64,000 nucleotides of DNA from Clostridiales bacterium (GTDB taxonomy: Bacteria > Bacillota > Clostridia > Christensenellales > SZUA-584): positions 5,361 to 69,360 of the forward strand of contig JAJUJH010000002.1 in assembly GCA_029265435.1 (NCBI GenBank). Reading direction: 5' to 3'. This document shows positions 17,888-26,869 of this stretch, one piece after another. Below the pieces are notes generated by a model. It ran no database searches. It was not told where the DNA came from and saw only the letters and a program-made list of their open reading frames with translations. Position 1 is the first letter of the stretch; each line of letters opens with the position of its first letter. Made by a program: the position numbers and the translations under genes.

Positions 17888-18817
17888 ATGGATAAACTGG
17901 CCGGCGTGCTCAAGATGATACTTCCCGTGGCGCTCATGCTATCCGTCGGCATGTACTGCCGCAGGAAAGGCATCGTTCAAAAGCAGGGAATTGCGGGGCT
18001 TAAAGCGCTCGTTGTGAACGTAACGCTTCCCGCCGTGCTGATCAAGGCGTTCTACACCGCGTCTTACGGCATCGGCATCGTCGTCATCGCAGCGGCAATG
18101 TTCACCGTATGCCTCGCGGCGCTTGGCATCGGGTTTGCGTTCAGAAAAATCACAAAAACGCCCTTGTCTACCGTGCCGTTTTTGTTCACGGGATTTGAGG
18201 CGGGCATGCTCGGATACGCGCTGTATACGCTGCTTTTCGGCGCGGGTGCCGTGACGGATTTCGCCACGGTTGACTTAGGGCAGGTGCTGTTTGTGTTCAC
18301 CGTCTACTTGACGCTGCTCAACGGCGATGCCGGCCGCTCCGCAAAATCCGTCATAAAAGGGATGGCCGCTTCGCCCGTCATTCTTTCCATTGTGCTCGGC
18401 GTCACGCTCGGAGCGACCGGTCTTGCGGGCATCATCAGCGCGTCGCCGGCGGGAGGCATCGTCACCGGCATACTCGATTTTATCGCCGCGCCCACCGCCG
18501 CCGTCATACTTTTCGTGGTGGGGTACGAGCTTGAGCTGCGCAAAGCGAAGCTTGGGCTGGCAATTTCCGTCGTATGCGCACGGTTTCTTGTGATGGCCGC
18601 GCTCGGCGCGCTTGTGCTGTTTGGCCTGAGCGCCGTCATTCCTGTGGGCAAAACGCTCAAATGGGCAGTGATGCTCATGTTCATGCTCCCTCCGCCTTTT
18701 GTCCTGCCCATATTCGGCAAGAACGAAAACGAAGGCGCGTTTGTATCCGCGTCTCTCTCGCTTTCAACCCTGCTTTCTCTCGCGGCCTTTGCCGTCATCG
18801 CCGTGCTTGTCGTATGA
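17888..18817 (+). CDS. AEC-family (auxin efflux carrier / malate permease-like) transporter
   Basis: About 10 TM helices; N-terminus MDKLAGVLKMILPVALMLSVGMYCRRKG is typical of AEC permeases. Start set to ATG 17888 (GGAGGG RBS); the track ORF is over-extended to 17675. Confidence 0.75.
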   Translation: MDKLAGVLKMILPVALMLSVGMYCRRKGIVQKQGIAGLKALVVNVTLPAVLIKAFYTASYGIGIVVIAAAMFTVCLAALGIGFAFRKITKTPLSTVPFLFTGFEAGMLGYALYTLLFGAGAVTDFATVDLGQVLFVFTVYLTLLNGDAGRSAKSVIKGMAASPVILSIVLGVTLGATGLAGIISASPAGGIVTGILDFIAAPTAAVILFVVGYELELRKAKLGLAISVVCARFLVMAALGALVLFGLSAVIPVGKTLKWAVMLMFMLPPPFVLPIFGKNENEGAFVSASLSLSTLLSLAAFAVIAVLVV

Positions 18818-19192
18818 CTTCCTCCTTTTGAGCCACGGCAGCGCTTCGCCGCGCCACAACCGAAGCAGCGCGGCGAGGATCAGAAACACCGCGAACACGA
18901 TGCGCAGCGCGGTCTCCTCGATTGCGGACGCGGCCCAATAACCGAGCGCGCCGCCGGCGCATCCGAACAGCGTTAAAAAAAGCGCTGGCTTCAAGTTCAC
19001 ATTTTTCTGTTTAATATGCGACACAAGCGCCGCCGCAGCCATCGGCAGATACGCAAAAAGCGTCATGCCCTGCGCTTCATGCTGCGTCATGCCCGCAAAA
19101 AGCGTCAGCGCCGGTATCAGCACGATGCCGCCGCCAAGCCCCATGCCGCCCACCACGCCGAACACAGCGCCAAGCAGCGCAAACAAAATCAA
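18764..19192 (-). CDS. TSUP (TauE/SafE) family half-size membrane protein, second half
   Basis: 4-TM module (GMGLGGGIVLIPALTLF...). Proposed TTG start at 19192 overlaps the upstream stop (TTGA), with GAGG 8 nt upstream. The 3' end overlaps the convergent AEC gene by 54 nt. Confidence 0.6.
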   Translation of the reverse strand: MILFALLGAVFGVVGGMGLGGGIVLIPALTLFAGMTQHEAQGMTLFAYLPMAAAALVSHIKQKNVNLKPALFLTLFGCAGGALGYWAASAIEETALRIVFAVFLILAALLRLWRGEALPWLKRRKSYDKHGDDGKGRERKQG

Positions 19193-19539
19193 AACAGCAT
19201 CCTCACGCCCGCAGCCAGCATCAAAAACGTGAATATATTGTTGAGAAGCCGCACGCCCACACGTTTCAGGCAATATGCGCCCAATATCCCGCCCGCCGCC
19301 GCGCCCGCGCAGAGCCACAGCGTATTTTCAAGTGGCACATAGCCGCCCGTGGTATACAGCGCCGCCGATAAAGCCGATATGGGAAAAATGACGGCGAGCG
19401 ACGTTGCATGCGCCTTTTTTTCCTCAACGCCGGTGCGTTCAAGCCCTTCCACCACGGCAATGCCGCCGCCCGAGCCGAAAAGCCCCGCCGCAAATCCCGA
19501 TACCGCGCCCACCGCCGCTCTTTTGATTGCTCGATTCAT
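19189..19539 (-). CDS. TSUP (TauE/SafE) family half-size membrane protein, first half
   Basis: 4-TM module (GLFGSGGGIAVVEGL...). Confidence 0.7.
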   Translation of the reverse strand: MNRAIKRAAVGAVSGFAAGLFGSGGGIAVVEGLERTGVEEKKAHATSLAVIFPISALSAALYTTGGYVPLENTLWLCAGAAAGGILGAYCLKRVGVRLLNNIFTFLMLAAGVRMLF

Positions 19540-19822
19540 GATCTATCCTCCGCCGTTATTTTGGGCGTGTCCATGTTTCAATATTCACGGCGCGTTTAAA
19601 TATAATTGATAATACAGCAAGCTTTACACAAATTTATCGCCGCAAGAGCGGTCGCGCCGGTATAATATAAATGAATCAAACGGTCAGGGTGCTGAACTTG
19701 AAAAACAAACAAACGGTGATCCCCCCATATCCGCAGCAGACAACTTATTCAAATACAGTTGGTATCTTTCGCCGCCTTAAAACGGCGTTTTATTTTTATA
19801 CAAAAAAAGGGGGCCTTCTTCA

Positions 19823-21193
19823 ATGAGCAGACAGGAAAACAGGAAGAATTATGTGCTGGATACCAACGTCCTCATGCACGACCCTTGGTGCTTCAGGAAC
19901 TTTGACGGCAACGACGTTTACATCCCCGTCACGGTGCTGGAGGAGCTGGACCACCTCAAGTCCCGCGAGGGCCTCGCGGGGTATCAGGCGCGCGAGGCGG
20001 TGCGTACGCTGCACCGCACTATCGACGGCTGCGGCCGCCAGTGTGTGAGCGGCGGCATTGCGCTCGAAAACGGCATCATGCTTCGCGTCACGTATTCCGA
20101 CGCCGACGAAACGCATTTTCCGTTCGGGCAGGACAAAAACGACAACCATATTCTCGCCTGCGCCATGCAGCTAAAAGAGACGTCTCCCCAAATGGAAACA
20201 ATACTCGTATCCAAAGACGTCTGTCTGCGCATCAAGGCGGAAATCTGCGGCATCACGTCTCAGGACTACGAAACCGACAAGCTCAAGGCAGACGAGCTTT
20301 ACAGCGGCCAGCGTCCGCTGAGCATTTCTGAAAGAAGTATCGGCAGCATATATACGGGCGGCGCAAAGCTTCCCAAAAACACCGAAATGCTGCCCAACGA
20401 GTTCGCAGTGATAAAGCCCCTCGTCAAAAACGCGGACCCGATCATCGCACGGTTTGACGGCAGCCGCCTTGTGCCTCTGCGGTATGAAAACCATTCGGCA
20501 TGGGGCCTTCGGCCTATCAACGCGGAGCAAGTGATGGCGTTTGAGCTGCTCATGGACCCGGCTGTCTCCTTTGTGTCCATCACGGGCGGCGCAGGCAGCG
20601 GCAAGACCGTTCTGGCCACCGCCGTCGCGCTCGAAAAGGTGCTGGAACAGCGCGAGTACCGGAAAATCGTGTTCGTCCGCCCCACCGTACCCGCCGGAAA
20701 CGACATCGGCTATCTGCCCGGCACCGAGGAAGAAAAGCTGCGGCCGTGGATGGGCAGCTTTTACGACGCGATCGATTTTCTGATGTCGTCCGACAAGGAC
20801 GCGGGACGCGCCAAGCGCGCCAAACGGATCGAGGAAGGGTTTCAGGTGGAGCAGTTTATCGACGATTTCCGGCGGCGCGGCATATTTGAAATTAAATCGT
20901 TCACCTATATGCGCGGCCGCACCATCACAGACGCCATCGTGATCGTGGACGAAGCGCAGGAAATCACGCCGCATCTGGCCAAGCTTATGCTCACGCGCGC
21001 GGGCAAAAACTCCAAATTCATTTTCCTCGGCGACCCGTCGGACAATCAAATCGACAACGTGCTCGTCGATTCCAAATCCAACGGGCTCGTGTATGTGGTG
21101 GAACGCATGAAAAACCACGCGATCACGGGTCATGTGACGCTCAGGCAGGTGGAGCGCAGCGGCCTTGCATCGCTTGCCGAAAAGAATCTATAG
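19823..21193 (+). CDS. PhoH2/YlaK-type protein: N-terminal PIN RNase domain fused to a PhoH-like ATPase
   Basis: PIN start YVLDTNVLMHDP. Walker A ITGGAGSGKT. DEAQ box VIVDEAQE. Confidence 0.88.
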   Translation: MSRQENRKNYVLDTNVLMHDPWCFRNFDGNDVYIPVTVLEELDHLKSREGLAGYQAREAVRTLHRTIDGCGRQCVSGGIALENGIMLRVTYSDADETHFPFGQDKNDNHILACAMQLKETSPQMETILVSKDVCLRIKAEICGITSQDYETDKLKADELYSGQRPLSISERSIGSIYTGGAKLPKNTEMLPNEFAVIKPLVKNADPIIARFDGSRLVPLRYENHSAWGLRPINAEQVMAFELLMDPAVSFVSITGGAGSGKTVLATAVALEKVLEQREYRKIVFVRPTVPAGNDIGYLPGTEEEKLRPWMGSFYDAIDFLMSSDKDAGRAKRAKRIEEGFQVEQFIDDFRRRGIFEIKSFTYMRGRTITDAIVIVDEAQEITPHLAKLMLTRAGKNSKFIFLGDPSDNQIDNVLVDSKSNGLVYVVERMKNHAITGHVTLRQVERSGLASLAEKNL

Positions 21194-21231
21194 CCTAGGA
21201 TATTTCTCCTCCTTCATTTTTCATATGGCTG

Positions 21232-21263
21232 GGGCGGCCGCGCGGCCGCCCTTCGTTGTTTTT
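21232..21263 (+). terminator. Intrinsic terminator after the PhoH2 gene
   Basis: GC-rich palindrome GGGCGGCCGCGCGGCCGCCC, followed by a U-rich tract. Confidence 0.7.
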
Positions 21264-21446
21264 CCTGTTTCATTTCTTATGACGAAACGGCGGGACAGGT
21301 TCATTGTCCATGCTCGTTTTATCGCCTCCCGATTGCGCGTTTAAGTCAATCGACCCGATTGCTGGCGGTTTGATTGCATATGCTCCGGATGGTTTTATTT
21401 CACCGTATATTGTTGCGCTCCGCCCGCCTGTGCTATAATCAAGCAA

Positions 21447-21872
21447 ATGAACGATATGGATTTTCACGGCGCCGTGGCTGACGGCGTCATACGCGAGATG
21501 CCCACGCTTAATCTTGCTTATATCGGAGATACGGTTTACGACCTGTATATCCGGAGCTATCTGGTCAAAAATAAAAAGGGCCGTGTGACGGCGATGCACA
21601 AAATGGCATCGGGCCTTGTCAACGCGCACGCGCAGGCGCAGGCGGCGCTGCTGCTTCTGCCCGAACTCACCGAACGTGAAGGCGACATTTACCGGCTCGG
21701 AAAAAACGCCAAAAGCCGCCCGCCCAAAAACATGAGCGCGGAGGATTATTCGCTTGCAACGGGTCTTGAAGCCGTCGTCGGATATTTGTATCTCACCGCC
21801 CGGACAGACCGTCTGGACGCGCTTTTTTCAAAAATCATCGCGCATTTTTGCAAGGGGGAACACCATGCCTGA
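21447..21872 (+). CDS. mrnC: Mini-ribonuclease III
   Basis: LAYIGDTVYDLYIR motif. Conserved position upstream of rlmB-yacP-sigH. Confidence 0.85.
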   Translation: MNDMDFHGAVADGVIREMPTLNLAYIGDTVYDLYIRSYLVKNKKGRVTAMHKMASGLVNAHAQAQAALLLLPELTEREGDIYRLGKNAKSRPPKNMSAEDYSLATGLEAVVGYLYLTARTDRLDALFSKIIAHFCKGEHHA

Positions 21873-22599
21873 GGTTTGCTTAAACGTCAAGCTCATATCG
21901 CATTCGCCGCAGGCCGAGAAGCTGACGGCAATGGCCGCGAAGCTATGCTACAGCCGGTCCCACATCAGCGACATCGAAGACGGCCTTACGCCCGAAAAAG
22001 CGGCGGATTTTATCGCGGGCATCGTGGATATCGGACATCTCTCCACGATCGAACACGCAAGCTATACGTTTGGCATCGAGGGCGTATCGCGCACGCTGCT
22101 GGCGCAGATTACGCGGCACCGCATCGCGAGCTTTTCCGTGCAGTCGCAGCGGTATGTGAGCTACTCAAAAAACGGTTTCGGCTATGTGATCCCTCCCGCG
22201 ATACGCGCGCTGGGCGATGATGCCGTCAAAAAGTTTGAGGACCAAATGGCAACCATACAAGGCTGGTACGACGATTGGCAGGCGGCGCTGGGCGGCGCGG
22301 GCGAAGGCGCCAACGAGAACGCCCGGTTTGTGCTGCCGGGCGCGTGCGAAACGCGCATGCTTCTTACAATGAACGCGCGCGAGCTGCTGCACTTTTTCTC
22401 TTTGCGTTGCTGCAACCGCGCCCAGTGGGAGATACGCGAGCTCGCGTGGCGCATGCTTGAGCTTGCCGCCCCTACAGCGCCGTCGCTGTTTGCCGCCGCG
22501 GGCCCGTCATGCGTGCGCGGAGCGTGCGGCGAGGGCAAAAAAACGTGCGGCCGCCCGGGCGATGTCAAAAGCAGGCTTCAGGCCATATTGAAAGGATAG
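21865..22599 (+). CDS. thyX: FAD-dependent thymidylate synthase
   Basis: ThyX signature RHRIASFSVQSQRY. Start set to ATG 21865, overlapping the mrnC stop by 8 nt. Confidence 0.9.
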   Translation: MPEVCLNVKLISHSPQAEKLTAMAAKLCYSRSHISDIEDGLTPEKAADFIAGIVDIGHLSTIEHASYTFGIEGVSRTLLAQITRHRIASFSVQSQRYVSYSKNGFGYVIPPAIRALGDDAVKKFEDQMATIQGWYDDWQAALGGAGEGANENARFVLPGACETRMLLTMNARELLHFFSLRCCNRAQWEIRELAWRMLELAAPTAPSLFAAAGPSCVRGACGEGKKTCGRPGDVKSRLQAILKG

Positions 22600-22601
22600 C
22601 A

Positions 22602-23354
22602 ATGGATATCATATACGGCAGAAATGCGGTAAAAGCCGCCATCAAATCGGGCCGCTCGATCGACAAGGTCATCGCGGCGAAAGAATTGAGCGATCCAAGC
22701 GTGCGCGAGATACTGGCCCTCGCGGCACAGCGCCATATCCCCATCGTGCGTGCGGACAAACGAAAGCTGGACAGCCTGTCAATGCCCTTCGGGCACGACC
22801 ACAAGCCCGCGAACCATCAGGGTGTTGTGGCGGTGGCCGCCGCGAAGGACTATGCGTCGCTCGACGACGTATTTTCGCTCGCGGAGCGGCGCGGCGAATC
22901 GCCGTTTGTGGTGATACTCGACGGCATCACCGACGAAGGCAATTTGGGCTCGATAATCCGCAGCGCCGAAGTGCTCGGGGCGCACGGCGTCATCATGGGC
23001 AAGCGCCGCAGCGCGTCGCTGTCCGCCGCGGCTTATAAGGCGTCGTCAGGTGCGGCGGAAATACTGCCCGTGGTTAAGGTGACGAACATCGGCGCGGCAA
23101 TCGACGAACTCAAAGCCAAAAACGTCTGGATCGTGGGCGCGGATATGGACGGCGAAGACATTGCGGGAATCGATCTGAAAGGTGCGGTCGCGCTGGTGGT
23201 GGGCAGCGAAGGCGAGGGCCTCTCCCGCCTCGTCAGGCAAAGCTGTGACTTTCTTGCGCGCATTCCCATGAAGGGGCAGACAGGCTCTCTCAACGCGGCG
23301 GTCGCGGCGGCCGTCATCATGTACGAAAAAACGAGGCAGGATGCGCACGCATGA
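22602..23354 (+). CDS. rlmB: 23S rRNA (guanosine-2'-O)-methyltransferase, SpoU/TrmH family
   Basis: MDIIYGRNAV start and SpoU-type C-terminal knot motifs (GSEGEGLS, SLNAAVAAAV). Synteny with yacP and sigH. Confidence 0.85.
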   Translation: MDIIYGRNAVKAAIKSGRSIDKVIAAKELSDPSVREILALAAQRHIPIVRADKRKLDSLSMPFGHDHKPANHQGVVAVAAAKDYASLDDVFSLAERRGESPFVVILDGITDEGNLGSIIRSAEVLGAHGVIMGKRRSASLSAAAYKASSGAAEILPVVKVTNIGAAIDELKAKNVWIVGADMDGEDIAGIDLKGAVALVVGSEGEGLSRLVRQSCDFLARIPMKGQTGSLNAAVAAAVIMYEKTRQDAHA

Positions 23355-23806
23355 TTATCGACGGCTACAACGTCATATACGCCTGGGGGATTGACACCTC
23401 AAACCTTGAAGACGCGCGCAAAGAGCTTCTTGATGCGCTTGACGATTACGCGGGCTTCACCGGCGAACCGATACTCGTCGTTTTTGACGGCTACCGCACA
23501 AACAACGCCGGAAGCGACATGCGCTTCGGCCTTGTGGATGTGATATTCACCGCACGCGGCGTCACCGCCGATACATACATCCAGCGCCTTGCGCGCAGCA
23601 GCCCGCAGCCCGTCACCGTGGTCACGGGCGATTTTCTGGAACAGCTTTCGGTGTTTGGCTCAGGCTCCTTGCGGCTGACGCCCGCCGAGCTGAAGCTTCT
23701 TATCTGTCAGGCGCGCGAAAAACACCTTGCGCTGATTCACCGCAGCACGCTTTCGGGCAAGGAACTTAAGCAAAAGCTTTATCTTGACGCCATTTCAAAT
23801 AATTGA
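23351..23806 (+). CDS. yacP: NYN-domain ribonuclease YacP/Rae1 family
   Basis: MIIDGYNVIYAW start and VVFDG motif. Start overlaps the rlmB stop by 4 nt. Lies directly upstream of sigH, as in Bacillus and Clostridia. Confidence 0.8.
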   Translation: MIIDGYNVIYAWGIDTSNLEDARKELLDALDDYAGFTGEPILVVFDGYRTNNAGSDMRFGLVDVIFTARGVTADTYIQRLARSSPQPVTVVTGDFLEQLSVFGSGSLRLTPAELKLLICQAREKHLALIHRSTLSGKELKQKLYLDAISNN

Positions 23807-23914
23807 TATTATCACATAATCTGTATCGCGATGTGATTCCGCTTCTTGACGCGCATATGGACAACCGTTATAATAAATTCACAATGCTATGGCCAAAAAC
23901 AGGAGGGTACACCT

Positions 23915-24565
23915 TTGACGACTCCGTCCACGGTAAACGAACAAGCGGCAGGCTATGCGGATATGACGGATGAGGCCATTGCGGAACTTGCGCGCTGCGA
24001 TGACGGCGAGGCTCTGGAATTCCTGCTGAACAAATACAAAAACTTTGTGCGCGCCAAAGCGCGGTCTTATTTTCTTATCGGCGCGGATAGAGAGGATATC
24101 GTTCAGGAGGGCATGATCGGCCTTTATAAGGCGGTGCGGGATTTCCGTTCGTCCAAGCTCACATCTTTTCGCGCTTTTGCCGAGCTCTGCGTCACGCGCC
24201 AAATCATCACGGCCATCAAGACGGCGACGCGCCAGAAGCACCGCCCGCTCAATTCTTACGTGTCGCTCAACAAGCCCGCATACGACGAGGAATCCGACCG
24301 CATGCTGATCGATGTCATTTCGAGCGGCAAAATCAGCAATCCCGAAGACATCATCATTGGCCGCGAGGATTTTTCTTCGATCGAAACAAAGATGAGCAAG
24401 GTATTATCGCCGCTGGAGATGCAGGTGCTCAAAAAATACATCGACGGCAAATCGTATTTCGAGGTGGCCGAAGAGCTGGGCCGAAGCGTCAAATCAGTGG
24501 ACAACGCGCTTCAGCGCGTCAAGAACAAGCTGGAAAAGCTGGTAAGCACCGATCGCGGTCTGTAA
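23915..24565 (+). CDS. sigH: RNA polymerase sporulation/transition-state sigma factor SigH
   Basis: Region 2 EDIVQEGMIGLYKAVRDF and region 4 HTH (SYFEVAEELGRSVKSVDNALQRVK). TTG start at 23915 has AGGAGGG 7 nt upstream; the track ORF begins earlier, at 23846. Confidence 0.85.
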   Translation: MTTPSTVNEQAAGYADMTDEAIAELARCDDGEALEFLLNKYKNFVRAKARSYFLIGADREDIVQEGMIGLYKAVRDFRSSKLTSFRAFAELCVTRQIITAIKTATRQKHRPLNSYVSLNKPAYDEESDRMLIDVISSGKISNPEDIIIGREDFSSIETKMSKVLSPLEMQVLKKYIDGKSYFEVAEELGRSVKSVDNALQRVKNKLEKLVSTDRGL

Positions 24566-24649
24566 GCCATGCAACCGTCCGTTCCGGCGCGAGAGGAACG
24601 GGGCATGAAATTTCGTCTTGTGTCAAAGCGCGCCGCCCGAATCTGATTC

Positions 24650-25381
24650 TTATATCACAAACCCGCCGTTGGGGCTTAGCACCTGCCCCGTAATAAAGCC
24701 CGCATTGTACGACGCCAAAAAACATATCGCCTGCGCGGCGTCCTCCGCCGTGCCGAGCCGGCCGAGCGGCGTTTCGTCCTCGAGCGCTTTGCGCGCGTCG
24801 TGATCCATATGCGCGATCATGCGCGTGTCGATGACGCCGGGCGCGACCGCGTTCACGCGGATGTTTGACGGCCCGAGTTCCTTGGCGAGCGCTTTCGTGA
24901 GGCCGATCACGGCAGCCTTTGCGGCGCTGTAATGCGCCTCGCACGACGCGCCTGCAAGCCCCCATATCGACGCCACATTGACGATGCTCCCCGATTTGCG
25001 CGATATCATGCCGGGCAGTACGCTTTGGCAGCAATGGAATACGCCCTTCACATTGACATTGAACATGTCGTCCCAATCGTCTGAGGTTAAGTCGGTAAAA
25101 AGCTTTGCCTGCGCGATTCCCGCATTGTTGACAAGCACGTCGATGCGCCCGAACACCTCCGTCACACGCCGGGCCATCGCGTTCACCTGCGCCGCGTCCC
25201 TCACATCCGCCTGTACAGGAAGCGCTCTTCCGCCCCGCGCGGCAATTTCCGCGCAAAGCGCCCGCGCTTCGCTTTCGCTTTTGTTGTAATGCACCGCAAC
25301 GCGGCAGCCGCTTTTGGCAAAGCACAATGCCGCGGCTCTGCCGATACCCGTCGCCGCGCCCGTAATCAGCACCGTATCCAT
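24650..25381 (-). CDS. SDR-family oxidoreductase (FabG-like)
   Basis: TGAATGIG cofactor motif, NNAG, and the catalytic YSAAK. Confidence 0.85.
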   Translation of the reverse strand: MDTVLITGAATGIGRAAALCFAKSGCRVAVHYNKSESEARALCAEIAARGGRALPVQADVRDAAQVNAMARRVTEVFGRIDVLVNNAGIAQAKLFTDLTSDDWDDMFNVNVKGVFHCCQSVLPGMISRKSGSIVNVASIWGLAGASCEAHYSAAKAAVIGLTKALAKELGPSNIRVNAVAPGVIDTRMIAHMDHDARKALEDETPLGRLGTAEDAAQAICFLASYNAGFITGQVLSPNGGFVI

Positions 25382-25382
25382 A

Positions 25383-25961
25383 TCAGCCCATCTCGTCGAG
25401 CGTGAGCTCAAAGCTCGGCACAAACGTCTTCATGAAATAATCCACCTCGGGCCTTTCCATCTGCCTGATCGCCTTTTCAATCGCTTTTTTGGCTTTCGCG
25501 AACTCGCTGTTGCCGGCCGACAGCTCTTCAACGCATTTTAAATACGCGCATATCTTGTCCGCCGCTTTGACGATGGCGTAAAGCTCGGCGTCCGCTTCGC
25601 GGTCAAGTATCAGCGCTTCGTAATCGGGCCTCAGAACGTCCGGCAGCATATCCACAAGCTTTTCCTCCGCGAGGCGCTCGATCTGTTTATACGCCGTTTT
25701 GATCTCTGGGTTGAAATATTTAATGGGTGTTGCAAGATCTCCCGTGATCACTTCTCCCGTTTCATGGTATACGGCCAGCGCAAGCGCGCGCTCCGCATCC
25801 ACGCAGCCCCCGTATACGCGGTTTTTGATGAGCGCCAGCGCATGCGCGATCATCGCCGTCTGCAGCGAATGCTCCTGTATATTCTCCTCGCGCGTATTGC
25901 GCATGAGTCCCCAGCGCTTGATGTGCTTCATCCGCGCCATATAGCTGAAAAAATGGTACAT
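25383..25961 (-). CDS. HD-domain 5'-deoxynucleotidase, YfbR-like
   Basis: KHIKRWGLMRNTREENIQEHS followed by HETGEVITGD (HD metal ligands). Confidence 0.8.
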   Translation of the reverse strand: MYHFFSYMARMKHIKRWGLMRNTREENIQEHSLQTAMIAHALALIKNRVYGGCVDAERALALAVYHETGEVITGDLATPIKYFNPEIKTAYKQIERLAEEKLVDMLPDVLRPDYEALILDREADAELYAIVKAADKICAYLKCVEELSAGNSEFAKAKKAIEKAIRQMERPEVDYFMKTFVPSFELTLDEMG

Positions 25962-26134
25962 GGCAGCTCCTGTTAAGCGTGATTCCCTTTTTTGCTATTG
26001 TAGCGCAGACACAAGCGGTTGACAACTTCTCAAACGGCGCAGATTGCCCGTCTGCCGCGTCAAAAAAAAGAAGCAACCGTCGGCGATTGCTAAAGGGAGA
26101 TCGAACGATGAAATCGAATTTGATCGATAAACCG

Positions 26135-26551
26135 TCAGCCGTTTCTGTCCTGATAGATGAATTCTACGGCATCGCCGTCTTCAACGATCGTAAGGCCCAT
26201 GCCCGTTTTGGCTTTTTGTCCGTTGACATACAGCGTCCAATAAAACGGATCTTTGCTCTCAACGCCGTTGATGCCGTTAAGGAACATGATATCCGGCGTA
26301 TCCTCCGCGCATATGTCGAGCGGCAGGCTTTTCCATTCGGCCGCCGCCTTCAGCGCCATATACGCGGTGGGGAAATTGTCCTTGATCGTCACATCGCCGC
26401 CTTCATATTCATTGCCGCCGCCCGCGTCGATGCGCACAGAGACCACCGTCCTCCTGCCGCCGGCACCGTTGAACACGGCGCCGGAAACGGCGCAACCCGA
26501 AAAAAACACGGCGGTTATGATCGCACATACCAACAGTATCGTTTTCTTCAT
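26135..26551 (-). CDS. DUF4430-domain lipoprotein
   Basis: MKKTILLVCAIITAVFFSGC lipobox. C-terminal FYWTLYVNGQKAKTGMGLTIVEDGDAVEFIY is typical of DUF4430. Confidence 0.7.
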   Translation of the reverse strand: MKKTILLVCAIITAVFFSGCAVSGAVFNGAGGRRTVVSVRIDAGGGNEYEGGDVTIKDNFPTAYMALKAAAEWKSLPLDICAEDTPDIMFLNGINGVESKDPFYWTLYVNGQKAKTGMGLTIVEDGDAVEFIYQDRNG

Positions 26552-26677
26552 GCTTGCCTCTCCTTTGCCCGGCGTCCCTTTTGCCGTCATTTTATACCGG
26601 TTTGGTTAAGGATTCATCAAGCAAGCGTTAAAGAAAGATAAAATGCCGGTTCTTTGCCATGTTCGGCGCAAAAAAAC

Positions 26678-26866
26678 AGCGGATCTTCATCCGCCCAGAG
26701 TGTCGGTAAAGCAAAAAATATCATTCGTGGGCAAGACGGGCTTGGCCCGCATAGCCCACACCTTGCGGTTTTGCGCTGTTTCGAGCTTGCGAGGAACAGC
26801 GCAAAACCGGAAAGCTGTCGGAAAACCGATGGTTTTTCCGACAAGCTGAGCGGATCTTCACCCGCC
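26678..26866 (+). mobile_element. MITE-like structured repeat, copy A. Core 26696-26848 (153 bp), flanked by 18-bp direct duplications (26678-26695 and 26849-26866).
   Basis: About 85 percent identical by eye to 40546-40694. Ends are inverted: CAGAGTGTCGG...CCGACAAGCTG. Internal hairpins: GTGGGC...GCCCAC; a 14-bp GGTTTTGCGCTGTT...AACAGCGCAAAACC; and GTCGGAAAA...TTTTCCGAC. Flanks are AGCGGATCTTCATCCGCC and AGCGGATCTTCACCCGCC. Confidence 0.75.
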
Positions 26867-26869
26867 GTT

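Noticed and set aside
19540-19822. Weak hairpin plus T-run (about 19770-19800) in the leader of the PhoH2 gene, considered as a regulatory attenuator
   Set aside because: The stem is only 5 bp (CGCCG/CGGCG) and there is no conserved-looking upstream structure. Too weak to call.
26552-26695. Cobalamin riboswitch upstream of the DUF4430 gene (DUF4430 often sits in B12-related loci)
   Set aside because: The space between the gene and repeat copy A is too short, and there is no B12-box-like sequence.
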